From: Felis catus
Taxonomy: Eukaryota
Direction: 5' to 3'
DNA: 64,000 bases
Assembly (NCBI RefSeq): GCF_018350175.1
Contig: NC_058382.1
Location: 58,778,001 to 58,842,000 of the forward strand
Shown here: piece after piece, positions 50,033 to 60,010 of the stretch
Numbering within the stretch: the first letter of the stretch is position 1
Layout: the number at the start of each line of letters is the position of its first letter
Program-made: the position numbers and the translations under genes
The notes under the pieces: generated by a model
What the model was told of the DNA's origin: nothing
The model's input: only the letters and a program-made list of their open reading frames with translations
The model's database searches: none

Positions 50033-50257
50033 TTTTTTTTTTTAATTTTTTTTAACTTTTTATTTACTTTTGAGACAGAGAGAGACAGAGCATGAACGGG
50101 GGAAGGTCAGAGAGAGAGGGAGACACAGAATCTGAAACAGGCCCCAGGCTCTGAGCTGTCAGCACAGAGCCCGACGCGGGGCTCGAACTCATGGACCGTG
50201 AGATCGTGACCTGAGCCGAAGTCGGACGCTTAACCAACGGGGCCACCCAGGCGCCCC
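50033..50257 (-). mobile_element. Young felid CAN-SINE with perfect TSD
   Basis: Near-consensus body with CpGs retained; agtcagaccatctttt at 50021-50036 and 50259-50274. Confidence 0.97.
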
Positions 50258-51203
50258 AAGTCAGACCATCTTTTGAAAGACATTGCCAACATGTTCCCCA
50301 ACTTGATTGCTTCCTCATTTTGTCATGGATTCATAGAAAGGTTTTACAAGGTCAAGTGCATTAATCTTTTTCTTTATGATTTCTTTCCTACCTATGAACT
50401 TAGAAAGGTAGAAACTGCACTTTTTCCCCAACCGGTGTGGGAAACATTAGCAAATATTAGAAGCGAGCCAGCACCTTGATCCAGGAATGAGAGAAAAGGC
50501 TGGGGCAATGTGGTCACTGTGTGTTCTAGATTAAAAAAAAAAAAAAAAAAACAGAGGTCAAGTTGGCTGTGAGACCCCGCTGGGTTGAGTGTGTTTTGAT
50601 TTTCTCCCAAACTTCTCTGCCTGGACAACGAGGCTACATTTATGTGATGCTTTCTCACGTGTGGCCCAACAGCAGCCGAAGCTGTCGTTCTAATGTAATC
50701 AGGGGTCTCTCTCCTTCCCCCACAGTCAGGGTCTTTCTGTCAGCCGACCACACGGAGGGTTCCGGAGCTCAGTCCCGGAGACCGATGAAGAAAAGAAGCA
50801 TTTAGCTGCTCAGACTCTGAAATCGCTTTCCCACGGGCGGGGGCCCGCGAGGAAGGGCGCCGGGGCCCTGGGCCGTCCGCACGCCACTCGAGAAGGGGCA
50901 CCCCACGGCCCCACGCCCGCCCGGGAGTCTGCGTCTCACGGTGCCCCCGGTGCTTCTACTGCCGGTGGGCATGGGCGATGCTGTGGGAACCCCCCTTTCT
51001 AGGCTTTATTCTATAGCTGAGGAGAGGAAGGCAGAAGTGGGGGCCAAATCCAGTTTATAATCCCAGATACAGCCCCCCAGCCCCCAGCCAGTGTGGGAGC
51101 CTCAGTGTAGCCCCCCTCTAGCCACCGGGTCCTTGGCCACGCGGGTTTCCTGGACTCTGCATTCCTGGGCCCGGCCAGAGTCACTGTGGAATCAGGTGGT
51201 GCC

Positions 51204-51570
51204 TTAGTTTCCTGAACTGCTGCGTCACCACCAACTGAGGGCTCTCAGACAACAGGGATTTATGCGCCCACAGTTCTGGAAGCCAGAGTCTGAGACCAAG
51301 GTGTCAACAGAGCCGTGCGTTTCTCCGGGGCTCCTCGGAGCCTCCTGCCTGGCCTCTTCCAGCCCCTTGCAGACACACCTGCCTCCATTGTGCACATCTC
51401 TGTGTCCCCTCCTCTTGTAAGGACATCAGTCGCACTGGATTCGGGGTCCTCCCTACCCCAGTATGACCTCACTTGAACCTGATTACATCGGCAGGGACCC
51501 TGCTTCCAAATAAGGTCACGTTCTGGGGCTCCAGGGGGGCATGGCTTTTGTGGGCACGCTGCCCCACTTA
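51204..51570 (-). mobile_element. MLT1B-like solo LTR
   Basis: cacagttctggaagccagagtctgagaccaaggtgtc…taaggacatcagtc…ccagtatgacctca…ttccaaataaggtcac. Confidence 0.88.
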
Positions 51571-51759
51571 GAGCACATGGTCAAAGTCTGACCCGATGGT
51601 GGAGGGGGACGGCCTGGGGAAGGACCCTGCATCGAGGACACCGTGAGAATTGCTGGAGAATCGCCCTTCCACAATCCCCATGCTTGTGCCCACCCAGAGC
51701 CCCGAGCCCGTGGGTTTTACAAGTGTTTCCTTGGAGATCCTGACACAGAGTCGTGAGCC

Positions 51760-52100
51760 CCCTTCTGTAACGAGCACTTGTCACTGGGGACAGCTGCCGA
51801 GCCAGAAATTACATTTCTCGGCCCCTTGCATCTAAGGTGGCCCTGGGACACATTCTCACGGTGACACGGGACTCACTTCCTGGTCCGAGTGGCTCAGAAG
51901 TGGATGTGTCTTTCCCCAACCGCCACTTGGACGGGGAGGACCACGGGGGTAAGAGGGTGACTCAGCCACGTGGTGAAGGACCCCAGGTCCCCGAATGACC
52001 TCATGGAGGAGAGCGGTGCCCCAGCCTCACCACCTGCAGGGCAGGAAATGACCTTTCGGGGCCCTGAAGCGTGCGGGGACGGCCGTCACAGCAGGTCCCA
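51760..52100 (+). mobile_element. MLT1 (H/I-like) LTR remnant
   Basis: acatttctcggccccttgcatctaagg…aaggaccccaggtccccgaatgacctcatggag. Confidence 0.55.
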
Positions 52101-52279
52101 GCTGAGAGTCGCGGGTCTGAAGACGCCCCGGCATCCGTCACCTTCCCGTGACCTCAGATTTGAATATGTGACCGATGTTTTGTGTCTTTCACAAAATGGA
52201 AGTCGAAAGCATTTTCCACCAGCCTGAGACAGGGACCTCCTCCTTAAAGTCCTCCTAGAGCTGAATAACAGGAAGACGC

Positions 52280-52430
52280 TGATGATCGTGAATAATTTCC
52301 ATTTTATCTTGGCAGCCAGGAAGTGCAGAGTAAAATTTGATGTTTAATTACAGCACCTAACTCATTCCAGATTCCTGGAAATCGGTCTTTCTGCTTCTAA
52401 ATGGCTTCTGATTGGCCTTCAACTGTGCAC
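52280..52430. promoter_or_regulatory. Candidate enhancer with ETS/TEAD/STAT/NF-Y/NFI motif cluster
   Basis: TTGGCA (52309), CAGGAAGTG (52317), TTAATTA (52344), CATTCCA (52363), TTCCTGGAA (52372), CTGATTGGC (52408). Confidence 0.5.
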
Positions 52431-54064
52431 CCTCACGGTTTGCACGAGTTTTAAAGGTTCTACGTGAGCTCAGATCTCTCTTTACATTCGGTGGCTACCA
52501 AGGAGGAAAGGTGTGCAAACTCACATGGGTGCATTCGCGCACCCACAGCGGTGGCAGGCTGGTTGCGGGGGCCGGTAGAATCATGTCAATACGGGGGAGA
52601 CCGTTTTTTAGTTTAGCTCATGAATGGCCGTGACGGGAGGGTGTGGGTCTCCTGCCAAGGACCAGGCCACGCTCCAGGAGCCCAGGAGGAACACAGACTT
52701 AAATGTAGCCTTCTGCCATCAGGGGACCTGTGGTCCAGGGCGGGAGGGGGCGGGGGGGTCATAAATAATCGTAACTCTCAGGCCAAAACAATAACAAAAA
52801 CTGCCTTATGACATAGAACAAGCGAGTCTACAGAGGAGAGAATCACCAGCTTGGACTGCAGGGGTCAGGGAAGGTGTCACAGAGCCCAGGCACCTGATCC
52901 GGCTTTAATGAGATGTAAGTCCCATCCTGACGGGTAGCGCAGGGGACTGTCTGGAGCAGAGAGTCAGGAGCACCCGTGGCGTTTGGAGGGACCTGTGTGT
53001 GTATTTTGGTTTTCAGTCCCCGGGTCCCTCCACCCTGCGCAGGGCTTTGACTAGCAATCTCTCCTCCTTCTTCTTCCTGTCTGTTTTCTCCTTAATGCGT
53101 GAGGTTACTTAAAACAGTCACCGCGTCCTGGCAAGACATTCCAAGCTTTTCCTAAGATGAAATCAAAATTCGCCCATCTTGGAGGTTCCGACCTTCGGGA
53201 ACTTGATGGAAGTGTGACATGTTTTCCTTGGCCGGGGCCAGGATGTCTTCCCGAGCCAACAATAAGAGAGCAAGATAACACTGGTTTCAGATCTCGATTC
53301 CTCAGAAAGTGCCTCCGGCCCTGCACTTTCCGAAACATAATGGAGCGAGGGGACAGTTCCAAGAACTGTGCGCCCGGGTCCTCAGGGGACGCGGAGCTGG
53401 TCTCTGATGGTCACGGAGGGGCACTCAAAGACCCCGTTACCCAGCACCTAGCCCCCCGCCACACACGCCCCCCAGGAAAACAAAACAACGCAGAACAAAA
53501 CTGGCTGAGAAGATCCCCTTTGGAAGGGCTGCTTTTGCCAGAAGAAATCACAAAGTTCCAGAGAACTCCTTCCCGTGGGCGCTCACGGGGCTCACCCGGG
53601 ACCAGTGTTGCACACGTTCACGGCTGGAGCTGCTCTCTTCAGGACTGGGGGTGGGGGATGCGTGGGGGCAACTCAGGTCCAGCACCCATGGGCCTCCTGC
53701 CACTCTCCCCCAAGTCTCCGTACGAAGGCCGAGCACGCGGGAGCAGACGCGCTGAACGGGCCGGGCACCAGCTTCTCCAGCCGGTGTCCCGTCTCCTTGG
53801 CCACCGCCGCCCACGGGGCACTCGAGCCTTCCCGTGGCCGGGTCCCCTCGGGATGGGGGGGTCCACCCTTAGCGTGGCCTCCGTGGCCGCAGCCCTCACC
53901 CTACGCCCTGAACCTGGACAGCCGTCCCCTTACAGATGGTCCCATTGCCATCTTTCTGTGCGCGGCCCGTCTGTCACGGTGCAGCTGTGAGCCCGTGTGA
54001 GCCCGTGTTTCTGCTTGTGACTGTGGGATGGAACACACGGAAGGGGGCAGAACCAGCATGTTCT

Positions 54065-54097
54065 GGATGGATGGATGGATGGATGGATGGATGGATG
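54065..54097. repeat. (GGAT)n microsatellite
   Basis: About 8 units. Confidence 0.95.
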
Positions 54098-55949
54098 AGC
54101 AAAGAGGGGTGGGCAAGGGTAGAGGACACTGCCTGTGCCCCCCACCCCAGACAGGACAGGGACTTCTTTCTTTCATCCCTCAGCCAAGAAACACCTCCCT
54201 GGTATCTCCGTGGGGATGGGCCACTCTGGCCATCGTTGGTGATTTCCTCCCTCTGTGCCCAGGACAGCCTCCCGGTGGGGAAAGGGCCGGCCGCCGCAGC
54301 ATGAGTCACGGGTCCACCCCACGGCTTGAGGAGGGTTGGGCGTCACGATTGCACAGAACTTTATTTATTGGAAGAAATAATTTCTCCCAAAGGGAAGTCA
54401 GTATTCTGACCAAAGACGTGGGGTGAGCCTAGGCCCCAAGATAATTCATGGGCCCCACCTCAAGGTCACATAGAAGTTCATTCATTCGTGCGTGATGTTC
54501 CCTGAGCATCTACTACGGGCTGGGCACTGTACTGCCTCGGGGCTGGGTTCCGCAGGGGACGCTGGACCCAATGCAGCTTAGCGAGAGCGATGGGGCAACC
54601 CCATCCGCCAGGAGGTACTCAGTCACCGAGGCAAAGTGACCCCGTGACCTCAGCCAGCATGCCCCTCCCCTCCCTCACCGACCCTATGACAGATCTCACT
54701 AATACCCCAAGCAGAGCCCCATCATGCGGGGTCTGGCCAGCGGAGGAATCACTGACAGACTCAACATCATCCTTATCTGACCTCTGGCGACCTTCCCAGG
54801 GCCGTGACCCCAGCAATACCTGGCCCGGGGAGCGGGGTCTTGTGGAGATAGATGGCCCCCCTCGCTGGGGGCCCATACATCACGCCAGAAAGAGCTGTCT
54901 TCTCTGTATACTCCGCATGGACCCACGAGGGGCCGGGGCGGGACGCCGCTGAAAACTCAGGTCCTTTGGAAAAGGCGTGGAGATAATGAAGCCAGATGAT
55001 CGGCTTTTCTGGGCTTTCTCATCAGCAGGGAGCGTCCAGACCACAGGCCGGCATGTACCTGCTGCCGGCCGGGCTGCGGGAGCCGGCCCCGTCATCCAGG
55101 AGGGCCGTGGTGGGCAGCGGGGGCCCCGCGGGTGGGCGTCCACTCACCAAGCCACCGTGACAGCCCCGACCTTGGGCGGCCTGGCAGACGTACGGCTCCC
55201 TTGCTGCAAAGCCAGAGCTCCAGGCCAGCCGAGGGGAGCCCTCTGGCCCGCCCCGAACACCTCCTGAGGGCTGGCTGTGTCAGGAAACTCGGAGTTCCGC
55301 GTCCGCACGGAACCCAGGGTCCCATGGCTCACAGGGCTGGGGGGTGGCCTCAGTGGACGGACACGGAGAGCTTCCTTCCAGGGTCTTCTAGCGTGCCGGT
55401 CAGCTGCTGTCGGAGGCGGTGGGGGGGGGGGCAGGCGGCAAGAGCCAGTTGGGGGCACGCCGTCCGCTTTGAGCACACGGAGACCCCCCCGGCCCCCGGC
55501 CTTCCGCTCCTCGTCTGTGCTTCCCAGAAGGGCAGTGAGAGGCACGGAGGCCAAGCACACAGTGCTGGTGTAGAATACCCACTGCGCTCACCTCCCATCA
55601 TCCCATCTGCGAAATGGGTGCTTTCCTCACGCCCCAGGATGGAGTGTGGCCCGTGAGAGGCACGCTGCCTCTCCTGCGGGAAGCATGCTTGAGAAATGGC
55701 AGCTTCCGCTTCCTCCCCTTCTGTGCTGCCCATCCCGGCCTTAATTCCTAACGACCCCGAGGGGCCCAGCAGTCCTGGAAGGCCCGTGCTGGAGGCGTAA
55801 GCGCCAGGGGGCTCAGCCACAGCAGGCTCGCGCCCCGGGCGTCCCAGTCTTCCGACCAGGAGGCGTCCTCTTTCCTCGTCCCCGGTGACCCCCCAAACAC
55901 GGGCTTCTTGGGTGAGTCCTGCTCTTCATGGGCAAGATCCTCTCTGAAC

Positions 55950-56150
55950 GTCTCCCCTAGAAACAGAACTCAGCAAAAGAGAGGCTTCTCAGGCTCTCTT
56001 GAGGCTAGAAGTGGCCGTGTGACCCCATTCTGGCCAATGAGGTGTGAGCCGGGGGTCGTTGCCGGGAGAACAGAGCTGCCCGCATCCTGCTTCCTCTCTT
56101 TCTACCGGTGGCTGATGGGAGCGCTGCGGCTGTGACGCCATCTAACAGCC
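55950..56150 (+). mobile_element. MLT1-like LTR fragment
   Basis: gctagaagtggccgtgtgaccccattctggccaatgaggtgtgag. Confidence 0.6.
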
Positions 56151-56222
56151 AATCCTGCAGCCCCCCTTTGATGAGCTCCCTCGGGCCTCCCGAAACCGCT
56201 TCATCTGCTTAAGACAAAGCTA

Positions 56223-56564
56223 CAGCTGACCCCGGAACGACGAGGGGAGAGGGACGCTGGCCTCCCCGAACGGCCGGAAATTCGTGTGTCAGTTTTGACC
56301 GCCCCCCCCCCCCCGACACCTGACCAACGGTCTGCTGTTGACTGGAAGCCTTATCGATAATGTGAACAGTCGATTCACTCGTGTTTTGTGCACTGTGTGT
56401 TGTCTGGTGTATTCTTACCATAAAGCTACAGAGAAGAAAATGCCATTGAGAAGACCGCAAAGAAAAGAAGATACCCGTGGGGTACTCGACTGTGTGTATG
56501 GGGGACAGGTCCACGTAAAAGGGCACCCGCGCAGTTCAGACTTGGGGCGCTCAAAGGTCAGCTG
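56223..56564. mobile_element. Tigger2a-like TcMar MITE, complete, with TA TSD
   Basis: TA|cagctgacc…ggtcagctg|TA; internal ctgttgactggaagccttatcgataa…aacagtcgatt. Confidence 0.9.
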
Positions 56565-56679
56565 TATTTCACTTTTGACTTCCCGTCATTCGAAAACCGT
56601 TTTTGCTGGATTTCCAAACGTGTCATCCTGCAACGAGGCACGACGCCTGAATTCTGAACGCGCTCCCACATTGTCGTGA

Positions 56680-57060
56680 CAAGCGGTATCGAGTTCCGAA
56701 CCTCTACCTGAAGTCCACTGTACCTGCAGAAGAGTGCAGAAATCATAGATACACAGCAGGACCCATTTTTAACAGCTGAACACAGCCGAGTGACCGTCGC
56801 CCGGACCGACAAACAGACACGACCGGCCCCTGGAAACTCTCCCTCTCTGCAACGCCCCCCCCAAGGGGCTATCGCAGCCCCAACTTCCGACAGCGTGGGT
56901 TTGCTCTGCCTGCTTTCACGCCTTCGTATAAAGGGGATCACGCCGCGCGTGGCTCCTTTTGCCCAACATCACGGTGGTACGACTCAGCGATGCTGCCGCC
57001 TGTGGTTCGGAACTATTCACTGTGGTTGCTGTGCGTTATTTCGCCACACCCGCCCGCATC
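56680..57060 (-). mobile_element. L1MB/MC-like 3' end, GC-shifted
   Basis: aagagtgcagaaatcatag…ctgaacacagccgagtgacc…ttgctctgcctgctttcacgccttcgtataaaggggatca. Confidence 0.65.
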
Positions 57061-57439
57061 TGACCTCGGTTTCGTCCCTGACAGCTGCCTGGTATTCCAA
57101 CACGCGGGCGTGCTCTGCTTCATCTAACTCGCCCTCCTTCAAGACCCCGAGGCGGGGGTCTCGTTTGGGGTGGCCACGAGGAACGCTGCCTCTCTGTTCC
57201 CGAACTCACAGCGTGGGACAGTCTCCCTGCAGGCAAATTCCTAGCCCATCTTTTCACGTGTATCTACCTCTGGGTCACCGGGCTTAGCGAAGAATCACAT
57301 AGTCCTTTTATGATGAAAAAAAAAAAGAATCCAGTAAAATACATTCAAATCGTCGAAGTGCCCCCGAGGCGCGGGGGGGACACCCGCCCCCTGCGTCTCC
57401 AGCCTCCATAAAGCTCCGTCTTCCTCCTCCGCCGAGGCG

Positions 57440-57830
57440 CTCAGCCTTTCTGCTGCTCGTCCCTCCCGTGTCTGGAAATGATTTGACAGCCTCGTGAATT
57501 TTACAGGCTCTCGCATCCATTAGCTGACCTAATCATTTTCAGAGACTGGAGTTATCTGTGGTTCTCTCGGCCAAGCCCTCGCCCATCAGAGACCAGAATG
57601 GGGAGGGTTGGTCCACATGCCCAGAGAGAGTGGAGGAGAAAATGTGCTCAGACCCGTTTTCATCAGAGAAAGAGAATCCGGGAGGTCTGGGGGGGCTAAT
57701 AAAGAAGGTTGTAAGATGCGATGTTAAGTAAAAATAAGCAAGATTTGTTTAAGAGAGGGCGGATTACATAGTCTACAGAGGCCAACGCGGGGAGTCATTT
57801 ACATATACTTGAAAACAAACCCCTCTCCCC
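57440..57830. promoter_or_regulatory. Candidate conserved non-coding element
   Basis: Non-repeat, AT-richer island with TGATTTGACAG, TGACCT, TTATCT and TGTGGT motifs. Confidence 0.35.
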
Positions 57831-57964
57831 ACCCAAGAGCCCCCTTGCACATGAAAGATGTCCCTCGAGGGGCGTCAGCACCGCAGCGGGATGGGGGGTG
57901 ACAGGGGTTGGGCTGGGTTTGCGTGTCATACCCTTCCACTGTTTCAACCGGGTAGCCATGAGCT

Positions 57965-58530
57965 CTGCATTACATTTCTACTACTGTGTAACAATTTACC
58001 CGCAAACTTGGTGGCTTCAAACAACACACATTTACTATCTCACAGTTTCTGAGGGTCAGGAGTCTGGGCACGGCTTCCCTGGGTCCTCTGCCTGGGGTCT
58101 CACAAGGCTTGGGAGACTGAGCGTGAGACCTGGCTGCGTTCTCATCAGAGCCACAACCGGGGAGGCTTTCCTTCTGAGTTTCCGTGGGTTTTCGGCAGAA
58201 TTCTTCTTCTGAATTCTTTCTCGCAGCCGCAGAGCCCATGATGCCTTGCGTCTTCAAGGCCAAAGGGAGAGTCTTTGACGTCAAGGGGTGTCTCAGCCTC
58301 TCTTTTATAGGCCCTTCCCTGATTAACCCAGGCCCACCCAAGATAACTGCCCTCGTGATCAACTCAAAATCTGCTCAGGAACAACTCTGATTACATCTGC
58401 AAAATCTCTCCACATTCCACGGGTCAGAGGCAGGTCGCAGGTTGTGCCCGCAGCCAATAGGAGGGGAGCGCAAAGGTGTGGATGTGGGAATGGGGAGAGG
58501 TCAGGGAGCCAAGTTAGTTCTGCCCCCCCC
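57965..58530 (-). mobile_element. MLT1E/F-like solo LTR
   Basis: tgtgtaacaatttaccc…gtggcttcaaacaacacacatttactatctcacagtttctgagggtcaggagtctggg…aggcccacccaagataa…attacatctgcaaaatc. Confidence 0.85.
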
Positions 58531-58719
58531 CCCCACACACACACGCCACGTTTGCTCAGGGGGCGTTAGTAGGAGTCACCCAAGGAAATGGCTCACGGTT
58601 CCGTGTTTGGTTTCTCCGTCTGCCTAAAGGCCAGTGGTGCGTTTCGTTAAAGGAGCATTGGGTGATGCTCTCGCCGGCCCACCTGGCGTGTTTCTGCTCT
58701 GGGTGCGCGAGTAGGGTGG

Positions 58720-59220
58720 CCCGCTTCCCGCCATGCCTGTCGTATGCGTGAACGATCCAATGCAGCCGCATGCGCCCAAATGGAGAGTCCGTCCCTGTTT
58801 TTCCCAAGGGAGATTCAATCATAGACGTTACTGTGCACGCCAGGTCCTTTCCCTCCTCACGTGGACGGGCCTCCCTGATGATCCCCCACCCCCTCCTCCT
58901 CCCTGGGCTGCCGATGTGCCATCGGCACATGTGCTCAGAACGGCCGCGGCTCCCCCTGCCCACCGAGCGGTGTTGTGTGTGTCCCCAGCCTGCCTGGCCT
59001 ATTTGTCTGGTGTTTTGCTCCTGCACCGTATGATGCCGTAAACAGATATCCTTGTAAATACATCCGTGCACGCTGGCACTTTTCCCACTACGGGATGGAT
59101 CTTCGGAGGCAAGACTTCTGGGCCACATCCGGCTGCCTCCAAGACCACAGCGATGTGCACCCCGCGGGCTCCGACGAGCACTCCCGCTTCCCCTCGCTCT
59201 CCAGGTTACACGGTTTGCCA
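58720..59220 (-). mobile_element. Ancient L1ME-like remnant, GC-shifted
   Basis: atgatgccgtaaacagatatccttgtaaatacatc…aggcaagacttctgggccaca. Confidence 0.55.
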
Positions 59221-59405
59221 AACCTGAAGTCAAACCCTGGCTTCACCTGTTCCTCCTGTGTTTTCGGAGACACACGTACCCACTCCGGACCTCAGTCTCT
59301 CCACCCGTACAAGGGGAATAAGGATGATGCCTCTGTCACGGGACGGACGTGAGCATCGAAGGCGCTAACCCAAGCAGAAACCCAGCCTGGCCCTACACGT
59401 GCTGA
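59220..59405 (+). mobile_element. MIR
   Basis: acctgaagtcaaaccctggct…acctcagtctctccacccgtacaaggggaataaggat. Confidence 0.7.
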
Positions 59406-59659
59406 GGGCCAGCCTGTGGCAGCTACGAGGACGAGCAGACCAGAAGGTCAACCCAGAGTGGCGCTCCCTGCCGTGCTTGGCCTTTCCCGAGGTCATTCTG
59501 TTCAAGCCTGAAAGGAAGCAGGCTGGAAACACTAAACCCACGTTCTCCAAAAGACCGATCTCCCAGATCGTCGCTGCGCACGTAGATTTGTCGGGAAGGT
59601 CCCCTGCGAGAGGGTCACTCTGAAGGGCGTTTCCCATTTTAGTCCATCGGTCAGAGAGG

Positions 59660-60010
59660 AGGTGTTTGGCCTTAAGTAGCAGGAACGCCCTCCGAGGCAG
59701 TTCATACAATACGGAGCATATGTTTTCTTGCAGGCAAAGAAACCGGGAGGCGCGGATGGTTAATTCAGCGTCATCATCAAGAACCCATGTTCTTCCCTCT
59801 AGCTGCTCTCTCTCATCCTCAACACGTCAGCCCCTTCCTCGCTATCACAAAATGGTTGCCACAGCTCCAGCTATCACTTGCAGCTGTCACAATGCCCGGC
59901 AGGAGAAAGCAAACTGTTCTTTGTGTCTCTTTCTAAGAGCAAGAAGCCTGGAGGGCAAGCACCGTACTTTCCACCCAGGGTCCCTCACTGGTCTAGAGCC
60001 GGACAGATGT
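59660..60010 (-). mobile_element. MLT1 (J/K-like) LTR remnant
   Basis: tcatcaagaacccatgttcttcc…atcacaaaatggttgccacagctccagctatcac. Confidence 0.7.

Larger units (their letters stand above)
48650..50410 (-). mobile_element. Ancient L1ME-like remnant interrupted by three CAN-SINEs
   Basis: gtttactgtagaaaattcag…aaaaatcac; atgatgctgtgatgaata; aaaggttgtgccagcttccagtctcaccagc; attaatctttttctttatg. Confidence 0.65.

Noticed and set aside
50825..50960. CpG-island promoter with a GC box
   Set aside because: Only about 140 bp, in a window that is CpG-rich throughout, with no first exon or other support.
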